This document shows, one piece after another, positions 13,385 to 27,029 of a stretch of 64,000 nucleotides of DNA. The notes beneath the pieces were generated by a model, which saw only the letters and a program-made list of their open reading frames with translations, did no database searches and had not been told where the DNA came from. The first letter of the stretch is position 1; each line of letters opens with the position of its first letter. Both the position numbers and the translations under genes were made by a program. The stretch spans positions 63,490,001 to 63,554,000 of the forward strand of contig NC_045707.1 in assembly GCF_009834535.1 (NCBI RefSeq), given 5' to 3'. The stretch comes from Camelus ferus. Lineage: Eukaryota.

Positions 13385-13565
13385 TGATAAGTGCAGAGAT
13401 CTTAAAATGTTCTTACCACAAATAAAAAATGGTGGTTATGTGAGGTGATGAATGCGTTACATAACCTTACTGTGGTCAACATTTTGCAATATAGACGTGC
13501 ATCAAATCAACACGTTGTATACCTTAAACTTACACAATGTTAGATGTCAATTATATCTCAAGAAA
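13385..13565 (+). mobile_element. L1MA/MB-type 3' end
   Basis: 'gatcttaaaatgttcttaccac...gtataccttaaacttacacaatgttagatgtcaattatatctcaa'. Confidence 0.8.
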
Positions 13566-13580
13566 GATGGGGAGGTAGAG

Positions 13581-13716
13581 GGGGAAGGGTACAGTGAGGG
13601 GTAAGTGGTAAAGCACGTGCTTAGTATGCACAAGGCCCTGGGTTCAATCCTCAGTACCTCCTCTAAGAAAAGTAAATGAATAAATAAACCTAATTATCTC
13701 CCCCCACAAAAAAAAA
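13581..13716 (+). mobile_element. tRNA-derived SINE, Vic-1-like
   Basis: B-box 'ggttcaatcc', body 'taaacctaattatctccccc', A tail. Degenerate TSD aaagatggggaggtagag / aaagatgaggagacagag. Confidence 0.88.
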
Positions 13717-14609
13717 GATGAGGAGACAGAGCCTAGAGAGGCTTCCCACTGCCCAACACATCAGTTCCTGCTGGTGTATGTAGCCCTAGGATAACTTGTT
13801 TCCATTAGGTCTGAAGTAAACAGGACCAGACACTACACATTAAACTTCAATTTAAAAAAATTTTTTAGCCTCAGATACATAAATGTTGGGTTATTTACCA
13901 GCATACCGGTGGCCACGAGACATTAAAATGGAATATTTTCCTCTTTCAGAAGTATGATCCAGGACTGTATTGGCTTTTTGCTGCCTTTCACTTTTTTGCC
14001 CCTCACAGTATTCTTTAAGGTAAGAAATACTGGGCAGCTGTATTTTAAAAGGTTGTTCATTATATATCTAAATATATTCCTAAACAATATTTAGGTTTGA
14101 AATTCCATCTGAATAAAAGGAAAAAAAAGATATAATTAGGGTCAGAAATTTCCACCTTCATGTAAAAGACCTATTTGGGGATTAGATAGTAGATGTCATA
14201 ACTTCTAAAGCCATGTGCATATAAAACTCTCAAATATCCAAAGACATGACTTCCTTTCACATGTCACTGTACGATGCTCCAACTACGTGTTTTGAGTTTG
14301 GCTAACAGTGAAAACAAAATCGCCTTCTTTAATAAAGCAATTAAAATATAAACATTATCACCATGAAAAAAGGACTCCCTGGAAATTCTTTTTTACAAAG
14401 TCACTTTCTTGGACACGATGTTCTACTACAGGAAAACATTTCTTCAAATATGGAAATTTTATCAGCAAAGAAATTGCTGCTACAGATTTGCTAAGACGGG
14501 CCAGTCTGTTTATCCCCGTCTAAAATTCCTCTGTGGTGCAAAATGTTAATGTTGTAACTAATCAATGAATAAATTAGACCAATGGATGAGCACTGATTTC
14601 ATAAGAAGC

Positions 14610-15243
14610 TGGATCAGCTAGGGCTCAGGCAGAGAAGCAGAGCCACAGTGAATGGTACGGAATAAGGAATGGCTTATAGAAATCAAAACCTAGGCAACTG
14701 TGGGAGCTGCTGCTTCTACCTCGGAGGTACCTGTGGGACCCGAAGTCAGTAGGGAGGGCTGGCAGTAGGCACAGAAGGAAATATGGGCGTGAAGTGGGGG
14801 AGAGTGAAAACAAGATGGAAACTGTGAGAACAAAATGAAACTTACAAGGACAAACTGGTACCCTCATTTCTTTCATCACCTCCATCGTGGATGCTGTTAA
14901 GTGACAGGCTGGTTAACTGACATTCTTCACCACAGAGCCTAGGATAGGATTCCGAGAATCTGAAGGATGCAGATGAGGGACAGCAGGGGAGGCAGGAGGG
15001 GAGGTGTGCAGAGGAGGAAGGAAACATAGAGCTGACCTTGCTGCCCCAAGTGCCAACCAGGTAAGCAGATCAGGCAACAGCATCTGACCCTACACTGACA
15101 CCTGGCCGCTGCACTTCCACCTTCCAAATCTCTGTCAAATTTCTCTTGTGGTTAACCCTAACCCTGCCGGAACTGTGTCGGGAGAAGGGTTCTGGGGAAC
15201 ACAGTTCCAGCTTAGTTAGGCTAACAGGGAAAAAGCCATCACA
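14610..15243 (-). mobile_element. ERVL-class LTR (old)
   Basis: End 'gaagggttctggggaacacagttccagcttagttaggctaacagggaaaaagccatcaca' and start 'agggctcaggcagagaagcagagcca' resemble antisense ERVL LTRs. Confidence 0.6.
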
Positions 15244-18200
15244 GAAACAAAGTCCTGGACCAGTTTTCTTTCCCCTTGCTCCTTACAAATTCTTTACTCT
15301 CCCCTCATCCTGCACTACCTGTGGGTCCCCAGATTAAACCTACAAGCCACCTTCCTTCTCACCTCCAAGTCACTGCATATACTTTTGGCATGCTCTTGAG
15401 GGGACCAGGAAATATTTAGGGAGGAAAGTTTGACAGGGAGTTTGATACTGGAGTATAGAACTGAAGGAAAATGCATTAGAGGTGAAGATTTTGGCGTTAA
15501 TCTGCATAGATGACCTCCTCTTCCACAGACACAGACAATAAGCCATCTAGGAAGAGCAAGCACCCGTGGAAAGAACAGTGGTGACGTCTTCGAGAACACC
15601 ATCACATGGGCACACAGGGGTTCAGGAAAGGGGAAACACTTCCGTTGCGCGGGATAGTCTGCCATGTCTATCTGTGGGAGTAAATTCAATAAATTTTAGT
15701 GAGTGTTTTCTAATATTTGAACTTCATCACAACTCTGTGAGGCAGACCCAAACTATTCCTCATACTTTGCAGACATGAGTCAACGACGTCAAATAGCCTG
15801 CAGCTAATAACCGACAACTTCCTTTGGTTCTTTCCCCAGTCACGTGAAGGCTATGGAAAGTCAGTAAGCTCCCCAGTGTATTCCTCTATTTTACTTTATC
15901 TTCCAAAATGACAGTTCCAGGAGCCCGTGGCATAAAGCCAAGCTTCTCAGACGTCAGAGGGTATCACTCTTGGCCCCTAATTTCCCTCAATACAAGACCT
16001 GCAGCCGTAGCTGGTCTGGAAAAATCAACCACATGGAGACAGGAAGGGCCAATGAAGATCCCGGTCAAAGAATCCTAAGGTAAGACCTTAGCACGTAACT
16101 ATCTGACTTAGAATAGAAGCTCCCAGAGGGCAAGGAACAGGCTGTACACCACATTCTAAGCGGCAGCTAAGTGCTCTGATGGATAAGGAAAGAGAGCCCA
16201 CGCCCTACAGAAAGTTGATGCCGTCTTTCAAGGCAATAGCTAGTTTATTCCTCCCAAAGCCATGACATCAGTCACTGTAACATCCCACCTGGAAGAGAAG
16301 TTCAAGCCCATCGTCATCTTTCCTCTGAGTCACTCTATTTTCATCAGCAAATGCGTGTCACGCCAAGATCTCTTTTGACTCTTTTGAGTGCGAAGACCGG
16401 GAACCCACTTCAGTCACCTCGTGAAATAAAAGGGTGTGTGATGAAAGAGACGCACCGATGGAAGAAGACGTTGTCACAATGACTCTCCATTTCTTCCTCG
16501 GAGACCTTCAGCCATACGTGATGTCTCAGGCATCTCTGTACATTTGTTCCCGTCTCCTCCCCACCAAGCAGCTTTCTCACTTGGCTCTGTCAGAGTCATC
16601 ACATGGTTTTGGCTTGCTACAGCCAGCTCTTCACTCACGCCCTCGTTCCATTGGCAGTTTCCCTAGTAGCTGGAAAATCTCCCCACCCACGTTCCTGATT
16701 TCAGATTCTTAAGGGAAAATCACCTAATTCAACTCCTCTTTGGAAACAGGTCACGTATACAGGGCGAACATCACTGGCCAGCCCATGCAAGGGCTCCCCT
16801 GGGGCGATATGCCTACTTCTGAAGTCCAGCTAAGCCCAGGAAGCTGACTCGAGAAGCAACTAGAATGGAAAAGAATCAAATCATTGAAAGCATGGCTTGA
16901 CTGGCAAGAGAGTCTCTGAAACAGACAGTTTCCCAGTGAACAGTGTGTAAGCAGGGCAGGTCTTGGAAATGTAATCCATCTAGAAGTGTTAGTAACGTCT
17001 TGCCAAAGAGAAATCGAAGATCTCAGGATGATGAATTTTTTACATTAAATTCCTTCTGACATTTACAATATCAAATTAAGCCCAGTATACCATCATTAAG
17101 ATTTTTTTTAAAAAGTTGATATCAGCAAAAGTGCATTGAAAAGTATTAACACCACATAAGTGTGAGGGCTGTTACCATTAGGAATTCTAAGCTTTCATTC
17201 CCTCATTTAATAGACGGTGCCTACTACGTGCCAAGCACTGCTCTATTTACTGGGGAAAATCAGCCATCGCTTTTCAAATTTCAAGTACGCCAAGGCTGTG
17301 AATGTACATGTTTTTTAAAAAGCCATTAAATGACTTTCTTTTCAGATGAAATCTGAATGGCTAATCACAGTTACTTCTCAGCTCCTAAAACCTAAATAGC
17401 AGAAGTGGCCAGTCCTTGAGTGAGACCTCTCAGGAAAACACAGCATGCTACAGGAAGTACATTGCTAATTCAGTGAAGTGGCGTACGTTGCTTTGTGTCC
17501 ATGCTGAATGGATGCCCCAGTGCAGCATCGGGAAACCCTGCTGCTGACAACACCACATTTCAAAGGTACCTGAAAACTGACTTCACAGTCCCCTCGTGGT
17601 ACCCAGATACTCCACGGCTCATATATGAGAAACAGGAATAGGTATATGCTGAGAAAACCCTTTTCTGTATATACACATTCCTGCCTTCCAGATTCTTCCT
17701 AGAGTATTAACATTGGGTTTTCACTTTGGGATTTTTTTTCTTTTCTTTTCCTTTTTTTTTTTTTCACTTTATACCCCTCGAACCCTATGTAGATTTGCTG
17801 GATAATACTGAACAGCTGCAAAGTGCTACCCAGTGGGACCGCTGAAATTTTTGGCAATTGCTGAAATGACTCTATGTGTAGACACATGTGGAGATAGAAA
17901 AATTGTTTAAGAACCAGGGGACCTATCAGAATGAAAGATGCCAGCTAAGTGCTAAACATTATGATTTCATCTGAAAGGAGAAGGAGGCAGAGAAAAATAA
18001 TATTGGTAAGGCTCAAAATGCCTCGGAAATATTGTGTTAATTATTATTAAGCTCATCAGGAGCCCCCAAGCCCAGCAAACTTGACCAGAAATCCATTTCC
18101 CTTCCCTCTGTCTTTCAGCCTGTACTAGACTAGCATTCTTGCTCCTAATGACTTCAATTAAAAGTGCTTTCTCATAAAACGTTGCCATTTCTCTTCCTTA

Positions 18201-19379
18201 GAACTATGGAGATAATTGTCAAATTGTTCTTTCACACTCCCAAATGAGATTTCTCTTCTCATTACAGTGAACTCTTTCATTGTGCTTTGTACGCATAAGG
18301 ACTCAGAAAAATAAGTGGCCTTTCTGAATTACTGAGGGAAGGCTTTGTATGTTTGCTTGTTAAAACAGTATGAGAAACTGAGCTGAAACAGTTAATACAC
18401 AGATAGATTCCTCTTCTGTGTGCAGCCCTGTATCGCCAGGGGCTGTCAAACATGCCCGCACTCAGTATCTGGAGTAAGTCATCAGGATGCAGAAATCAGG
18501 TCATCAGAGAACCAGTCCCCCCGCGCTCTGAGACGGACTACTTCATCGTCTCAATCACATCTGTAACATGAGTTAATGTTCAGCAGCAAGAAAACATTTG
18601 TTCTCTCGTAGAGGGACTCCACTAACTGAAGTGTGCCCCCGACTCCTTGCAGAAAACGTGAAATAGCTGGTAATGACAAGCGCTGACGGTGGCGAAGTTG
18701 ACTTGGTCAATTACCCTCGGCTGAACTGCAGTCTATATGAAGCGTCTCACAAACAGAGATTGCTTGGGAGTGACAGGAAAAGAGACACTCCTGCACTTGC
18801 CAACTTGCTAGGATAGGACATGGTTCTCCTTTGAGTAAATTGGGATTTCCCTCTCTCTCCCATCATTTCCTCTCATTAAAACAATAACATTAGCCATTTA
18901 GATGTGTTTACAAGGCAGTGGTTTCTACTGGGGTTGTAGATCGCTATTTCTTCCCTCTTCTCGTGCTGAAACAACGCTGCTCAATGTAAAATCTCCTACC
19001 GGTGGTTCACTTAAAATCAATCACCGAAGGACAGCAACGGTGGCATCACCTAGAATCCGAATATTAATTGCCCGTATCCTATCAAAAGAATCTAGTGTTA
19101 CTTAATCTGGGATATCTGATAGGTGAAATTTCCAATTTTTCTCCCAATATGTTTGTCATCTTGCTAAACTACAGATGTTATACAGAAATTAGCATTGAAT
19201 AATAAGGAAATTCACAACAGACAGAAAACAGTAAATCACATCCTCAGTTTCAAATGGTCTACCCCAAGCTTTGAGAGGAAATGTGGTACGATGGGGGATT
19301 AAAAGGACTCTGGTTTAGGCCTGGGTGGTTTGGAATCCCTGCATGTTATTAATGTCTCTGTACCTCATCTTCCTCACCA

Positions 19380-19610
19380 AAGATGTCAGCGGATAGCTTT
19401 GGCAGCCATAGTGTTACAGTTAGGGAGACATCACGATTATAGAGACAATGGACCATCAGGAAGAGGAGAAGCCTGGACTGCTGGTGATACCGTGGACCTA
19501 CTACACTAACTCTGGAATTTCCTGCATATTATGGGAGATCAGTAAACCACACATATACACTTCCCATCAGGTATTCTGTTCTTTGCAGCCAAGCATGCCC
19601 TAATTTACAG
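19380..19610 (+). mobile_element. MLT1-type LTR fragment
   Basis: 'ggagaagcctggactgctggtgatacc...gtattctgttctttgcagccaagcatgccctaat'. Confidence 0.5.
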
Positions 19611-21708
19611 ACATTCTATTATTTTGCTATCCTTATGGACCTCAGGAGAAATCACCAAGACAAAAAGTCTAAGGGATTGAGAACTGAAATAGCATTTTTA
19701 ATCCTTCCAAGATGAAGAAAAGCCAAGATTATAGCTCTGGATCTAACAGAAGTTTTCCCTGCCTTTAAGGTGGGGCCAGATCGATCTCAGTTTTACAAAT
19801 GACTGGAAAATCTCTGTGACAGCGGGAACCTCGTCTTATTTGAATCTTTATCACCTGGCTTATTGCCGGGCACATCGTAGGCAATGGAGAAGCCTTTGTG
19901 GAGTGAGCGTCATGGAGTGATTCATCTCCTCTGCCGCAGCTTCCTAATGCTCTGGACTGGGGGCATCTGCGGTGCCCTCTGCAACAATTTGATGTGGAAA
20001 ATATAGCCAGAAAACAAGAATGGCTTTCTGTGCTCCATCTTTCGGTTGCAAATGGCTCTCGACTGCAGACCCTCAACATAAACGCTTAGCCTCCCCAGTG
20101 CCCCCAATAAAGCTGCAATTTTCTTGATTCTGTATTTTTAAAAAGCCCAAGACCATCAGTGTGTTTGTGTTCCTCTGTGTTGACTGTAGGTTCTGATGCT
20201 GTTGCCAGTTTCCTTCTCACACTGTCAAATTTTATGTTCCCTTATTCTTCCAGCCATTTCAGGGGGGGAAATGCTAATTACCACGGGCTTAATAGCAGTT
20301 CTGAACGGCACCAGAACACACAGGTCTCACAAGTACCTGTCACTGGCGAAGTTTCCAATTACCATAATTCCATTCCTAATTCAAATTACCGTAATTGCTC
20401 TCCATTAATGCAACTTTCTTAAAGCTGAAACATCAAAGAAGAAGCTGGCACTCATGTTAGCTCAGTTGATGACTTGCAAAAATAAAGTGTCCATTTTGCA
20501 AAGAGGATGATGTTGGTCTGAAAAAATAAATGTATCAGTGCTCTGAGCTCATGAGACCCATCGTATTATATTTTGACTCTTCTGTCAACATTTGTAAAAA
20601 CTGAAACCATCCATATCTTCCTTCCTCTCTCTTCTGTTCTGGACAAAGGGTAAGAAATGGTCTTTTGGTTTCAGCGTTTACCATGAGAAAATTCAGCCTG
20701 TCAGCTCCTCAACTAACTTTGTTCTTACAAATCCATCTATTTGGATAAAAAGTGGTTTCACCATCCTGCAGTCATCAGTTCCACTGTTAATGATCCTTGT
20801 TTTTCTGAATAAGTCCTGCTTGTTTTTCTCACATACTGGAAAGGGGCTAGTCCACTTCCCAGAGTTGGAGTGGTTGAATATCTGTGCTACACCATCAGCG
20901 GACTGTTCCTGGCATTTTACCAGGAAGCCATTAATTTTGTAATTTGAAATACAGGTAATTCTTCATACTGGAACTCCAAGAAACTGCCAGAGGTGAGCAA
21001 GAAGAGCCAAAGGTCACTGTATCAGCTGGACTCTTAGAGTATCTGGTTCCCAAGGAAGCGAACGTACCGTCCTTTAATTCAACAAGTGAAACATTCAGTA
21101 AGTTTACCTAAATCAATTCATTAAATGATACGTTTCTCAAAAACGTCTAAGCAAGGACGACAATAAGTTTGTTTAAAATTCTCAGCAAATGATCAAAGCC
21201 ATTGATGCTTCGCTGTCCTGAAGAATCTCTGCAGTAGTCGGCAGATCGGTCCAATATTTAGTAGCTTTGAAGGTTGAAAATTCTGCATCTCCAAATGCCA
21301 CAGGCACCTTTAGGATTAGCTCCAGGCTGCACCAATGTAGAACTCTCCACTGAAGATAGGAAACAGGATTGTTCCATTGGAAACTCTGAAGGGTTCAAAA
21401 AGAGGGAGTCCACCTAATGACTTATATCCAGTCAACAAAAGGCTCCAGGGATGGAGTCACGGGGTCACAGCTACACCCTGGAAGCTTCTCTCACACCCTG
21501 TGCTCCCAAGCATTTTTGACATATATTTAGGTTATTGTTGCATTCTGCTCCACAAAGTTAGGTAGAAAATAAACTTCATTTGCACCAACAACTTTCTCAT
21601 AGATTTCTATCAACAAGAGGCAGTCTTGGGATAACTGGAGATGAAAAAACAAATAAAACAAAACCTAAAAACGTATTAAAGGAAATTTGTGGGGACAGTA
21701 TGTGTTAG

Positions 21709-21710
<2 letters not shown>

Positions 21711-21752
<42 letters not shown>
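21711..21752. repeat. (TA)n(CA)n microsatellite
   Basis: Direct observation. Confidence 0.98.
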
Positions 21753-22872
21753 TTTTTTTTTTTTGCCTTTTAGACCATCATATTTTTGAAGGATGATACC
21801 AAAATTTACTCTTGCCTTCATTTTTTTCTGGCAAAAAAAGCAACTCAGTTCATGGGTGCCTTGGACCATGACAGAATGAATTATAACAGATATGACATTA
21901 TTACCATTTTAGCCAAAACTTAACTGTGTGAGTAGGAAATATGCAAATAGGAGATCCATTCCAACACCTGGCTTGATTCTTTTCTAATATCAGTGATATT
22001 TCTCTGGTCAGATCTCTAGAAGTTCAAGTCCCACACTGCAGGCTTAAATCTCACATTCCTCATCTGTCAGTTGGAAAACATGGTACCCTCGGGGTTGCTG
22101 ATGACATAACAGAGCAGGAAGTATTCGGTAGAGGGCTACACACCTGAAGTTTCCTCTCTGATGGACTGAAAGTTCTACGAGCACCAGGACCACCTACAAT
22201 AGCATGGGGCAAATGGGAGATGTCTGTGGAATGAATGGATTGAGTGAGTGAATGAATGGGGTGAATAAATAAATTATCAGTGCTTTTAAAATGTAGAAAT
22301 GTCTACTGTATTGGCTCCTTCAGCCTGTCATATGAAGAGTAGGATTTATAAATACTCAAGGATGCAAACAAGATCTCTGAGGAATCAACACTATAAAAGT
22401 CATTTACTTGGAACATTGCAGGCCAAAATGTATCTAAAAATGTACTGAAAAATATGTATATAATTGTACACTGTGCAAATATCAGGCATTCTATATAAAC
22501 TATAGTAAGCACATGTGTGTGTGTGAGTGTGTGTGCCAGGCTGTGTGCTAGTTTCATTCACATATATAATCTCAGTTATCCTGTCTTGCTCACGTGCCTT
22601 TCCCTCTCTGTTATTCTCCCAGTGTATGTTTCCTTGTAACTCACCTCTTTCTCTTCACTTTTCTTTTATTGGCCTTTTTCTTGCATTAAGATGAATTAGA
22701 AATAGAAGAATTTTTTTAGTATTTCTCACAGTCATTAAATTAAAACTCAGATATGCAATGTTTATTTTTCAAAGGAGGCAATTTCAATATTTTAAATGAC
22801 TTTTTTTCAGTGAAAATCTGCATACAATTAGTTTTGCTTTTTCAAGAAATCAGAAGACAGACATTGAGTTTA

Positions 22873-22905
22873 CATTTTTTTCATAATTTTTTTATTGAGG
22901 TATAA
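22873..22905 (-). mobile_element. Extremely 5'-truncated L1 3' terminus
   Basis: Reverse complement 'tatacctcaataaaaaaattatgaaaaaaa' flanked by direct repeat acattgagttta (22861-22872 / 22906-22917). Confidence 0.7.
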
Positions 22906-23399
22906 ACATTGAGTTTAATTTTTTTAATTACAAAATTCCCTCCTTCTGATTTGGAAGGTAAACAGAATTACTGTAACTCAGACTCTTATCACCTCTCCCT
23001 TCGACATCCCCAACAGCCTCCTGAATCATCTGTACACCCCTGGGTCCTCCCCAAGCCCGCATTACAATGTCATCCACCAGCAATACATCAATGTTCAGGC
23101 AACGAGGCGAAGAAACCAACCAGACTCAGGAGCTCTGAACTCTAGTCTGAGTCCAGTCACTTTCCAGCAACGAAAATTTAGAGAGATTGCTTGGGATGAG
23201 AGAAGTGTTTTTTAATGGTCTCAAAAATAAAATAGGGATAGAAATAAATACCCATTCTACTGAATTCACAGGATTGTAATGGAACCCAAACAAATTAATG
23301 TAAATAAAAGTGTTTCATCGTCTGTAAAATACTATACCAATATCAGGTGTATTATTAAGCTTTAAGCTTAAGATGGGTTGCCTTTAAATAGCAGAGCCC

Positions 23400-24230
23400 C
23401 TGGAGAGGGTGTGGGGAAAGGGGAGCCCTCCTCCACTATTGGTGGGAATGTAGTTTGGTGCAGTTGTTACAGAAAATAGTATGGAGGTTTCTTTAAAAAC
23501 TAACTATAGATGTATCACATAATCCAGCAACCCCACTCCTGGGCATGTATCTGGAGTGAACTCTATTCGAAAAGATACATGCACCCCAAAGTTCATAAAA
23601 GCACTATTTACAATCAACAGCCAAGACATGGAAACAACCTAAATGTGTATCAACAGATAACTGGATAAAGAAGTTGTGGTATACACACACACACACACAC
23701 GCATACACACACATACAAGGGAACACTACTCACCCATAAAAAAGAATAACATAATGCCATCTGTAGCAACATGGATGGACCTAGAGATCATCATTCTAAG
23801 TGAAGTAAGCCAGAAAGAGAAAGAAAAATACCATACATATATTCACTTATAGTCATTTATATGTGGTATCTAAAAAAAAAAAAAAGACACAAATGAACTT
23901 ATCTACAAAACAGAAACAGACTCACAGACACAGAAAACAAACATGGTTACCAGAGGGGAAACAGAGGTGGGAAGGAGCAAACTGGGAGTTCGAGATTTGC
24001 AGATACTAACTACTATATATAAAATGATAAGCAACAAGTTTCTGTTGTAGAGCACAGGGAACTGTATTCAACATCTTACAGTAACCTATAAAGAAAAAGA
24101 ATATGAAAACAAATATATGCATGCATGTGTATGACTGAAACATTATGCTGTACACCAGAAATTCACACAACATGTAAAGTGACTATACTTCAATTTAAAA
24201 AAATAAATAAAAGCAATAAATAAATAAATA
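23400..24230 (+). mobile_element. Lineage L1, 5'-truncated (ORF2 C-terminus plus 3' UTR)
   Basis: 'tggagagggtgtggggaaagg...gcaacatggatggacctagag...gactatacttcaatttaaaaaaataaataaa'. Confidence 0.95.
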
Positions 24231-24239
24231 GACAGACAC

Positions 24240-24470
24240 ACAGTAGAGCACAGCAGTGAACGCTCTGGCTTTGGAGCCAGACTGCCACTCATTAGCTATG
24301 TGACCTTGACCATAGAAGATGTGTGCCTCAGTTTCCTCCTCTGCAAAAAGAGAAGAATAATTGTCCTTGCAGGGTTATTGTGAGGACGAAATAACTTCAT
24401 ATTATATAAAGCACTTAAAATCATCCCTGACCCAGAGTGAGTGCTATGTAAATATTTGCTATTATTACCA
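24240..24470 (+). mobile_element. MIR SINE
   Basis: MIR core 'tagctatgtgaccttg...gcctcagtttcctcctctgcaaaa...agggttattgtgagga'. Confidence 0.85.
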
Positions 24471-24879
24471 TTACTTTTATCATATTCCTCTCTAGCTCAG
24501 AATTCTATTGTGCTTTTCCGGCCTAACATTCATAGCTGTTCTTCTCTCCTACATTTTTCCCTTCTTCTCCCAAGCACAGACCAGCTCGGCTTCGGCTACA
24601 CCAGTCTCCCCCGTGCCCTGCATTCGATCCTGAACCATGCCCTATTCACTTAGCATCACTTATGGAAAACGCCCTTCGCTCTCCTATCTACCCATTAATC
24701 AACTTCCAGTTCAAGTCCCACCTCCCCAACCACCTGAACGCCCTCCTCCCTTTCTCTGAATTGCAGTGGCAGTTTTAATCCAGACTGTTCACCTCGACCT
24801 TCAATCACATACTTCCTTGTAGGGCTACTTACACTATACAGTCTACGATCTTGTTCACCCCACCCACACGGCCACCTCT

Positions 24880-25290
24880 CCCTTCTTCGCAGGAGGCTCT
24901 ACAGACTGAGGTCCCCTTCCTTGGCCACATGACTCTCATGGCCAGTGAGTCGTGCCTTGAAGTCCTTCAAGCTTTGAGTGGGGAAGAAGAGCCTTCTCCT
25001 TCCTGGCACAGAGGTGTTAATTATGAGCCCAAACCTACCAACAGCCATGGCCCCAAACCCTTGTAAAAGATAATGTGAATGAATGAAAGACACACAGAGG
25101 GAGGCAGAGATGAGAGATGGAAGCTGGGGATCCAGACGGTGTTGCACTTCCTGGTTCCAAATGCCCCGAAGCTCACTCTCCCTGTCCCCTGTACCTTGGT
25201 TACTGGGTTACATACATCAGTGACGTTCCCTCCTATGCTTTAGCTCGTTTAACTTTTAAAAGCTTGGTATGGATACTGGCAAACACAATA
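24880..25290 (+). mobile_element. Old ERVL/MaLR LTR relic
   Basis: 'cctaccaacagccatggcc...gaggcagagatgagagatgg...cctggttccaaatgccccgaagc'. Confidence 0.45.
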
Positions 25291-26297
25291 TCTCTTCCTA
25301 TTGATGGGCCACTGTCCCCCAGCCGGGCTATTTTCAGCTTTCATTATATGACTTGTCCTTGTTCATTATCCGTATACCGCTGAAGAGTAACCCAAGTAAG
25401 TGATTCATTGCTGACACATGGCATTTCTTGAGCAGCCATTAATTAGCAAAATAGCACTCGAACATAAATTGTCAAGGAGTGTCAGCAAATAAAGCTGCAA
25501 TCAGAACTTTTTCTCCCTCCCTTCTCGTGTATGCACCTTTGTGAATCGCACTAGGCAATTTCTAACTTTAATTTAAAGCTTATCAGGGAAACCAAGTATT
25601 ACATTAATCTCTAAGAACCGGGTCTGAGTGTGCTTGGCTCTCTCTGGCCTCTCTTTCAGGCACAAGAGATGACCTGAGCCAAGCAGATTCATTCTCCCCA
25701 GCCTGCTGGGAGTCTCAGACCCCAGTATCCAAGGACCACAAAGCCAAGCCTGGTCTCATGTTTAAGAAATAAAAAGAACAATAACTGATCACACACTGTG
25801 TACCAGGCACAGGACATGACAGGGGAAACGTGAGAACGAATAATGTAGTCCATGCCTGGACAGCTGTTGTCAGTTCCCGCCCCCCACCCACCCACCCATA
25901 TAGTTCAAACGTCACTAATTTGGTTTTTCAACTTGCATCACTAATATGTACGCCTCTGAGTCTGAGAAATTCTTCTAGAAAGATATTCTTCAGTAGCACA
26001 GCAAGCCGGAAGTGCCAGGAAATGAACACCTCCTCACGTCTCTTCAACGTCTCATACCCCCACCCCCGCTCCCCAGCTGCCCTCGCCTCTGAGTAACAGA
26101 AGGGATGTAAATGCTCAGCTCCCTTGACACTTGGAGCGAAAAGGCCGAGACACATGAGTGGCCAGCTAAAACCAACTGAACAGTGGACTTCTGATTGGCC
26201 TCCTCTCCTTTGTTTCATTACTTTTCCACTTCTGGTCAGTGTCCCCTGTATCTTCCTCTAGGTCGGGGGGAGATATGCCTACTTGCATTCAAATCTT

Positions 26298-26425
26298 ATT
26301 TTGGGGGGAGGGGTTAGTAATTTTTTTTTTTTTTTAATTTACCTTTAGTGGAGGTACCAGGGATTGAACCCAGGACCTCATGCGTGCTAAGCATGCACTC
26401 TACTACTTGAGCTATACCCTGCCCC
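26298..26425 (-). mobile_element. tRNA-derived SINE, Vic-1-like
   Basis: Antisense A and B boxes. TSD ttgcattcaaatctt (26283-26297) / ttgtattcaaatctt (26426-26440). Confidence 0.92.
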
Positions 26426-27029
26426 TTGTATTCAAATCTTTATTTCCTGTTCTTCTTGGGGGCAACTCAAACTAAGCCAACGCCCTTAAAGAACTTCCCC
26501 TCTAGTAGAAAAGATCCCCTGCAAATAGTGTCCCTTTCATAAAGGAGTAAGAACTGTGAAAACAGAAAATAGAGGCTTCTGCTCCTTGTGACTCCACGAG
26601 ATGCTTCTGCAAACACAGGAGTCACCGTCACTGGAAGTCCTAGGACAGAGCTTTGAGCAGGGGATGCTCTAAGCCTTGACTTTCACTCCTACTGTTATGA
26701 AGGCCTCGCTCCCTTCTGCTGCGCTGGTCTCCTTTCACTGTGACCAGGTTGCAACCTCCTAAACCCTATCCCCTAAAGGGGTCTGTTTCAGTGGCAGGCC
26801 TTCCCATGAATTCAGTGAAAAAGATAGCTATCTAGTGATAGTCTAATACAATACATCCCTAAGATAAAATACTCAAAAAAAAAAAAAAAATTGACCTGAC
26901 GTAGGTAAGTGCCAAAGGATCTGTGAGCAAAGAACTTTAATCTCTGCCCTCTTTACCTTTCAAATCGGGGTGTTTTCATTCTTCTTCACTAAACCATAGC
27001 TGCATTTTTGACTGAACCCAAAATATCCA

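Noticed and set aside
15150..15165. taaccctaaccct telomere-like motif
   Set aside because: Inside an ERVL LTR relic with no associated rearrangement; probably ancestral LTR sequence.
20990..21100. LRR-like peptide LNVSLVELKDGTFASLG on the minus strand
   Set aside because: Single isolated motif surrounded by stops; no repeated LRR periodicity.
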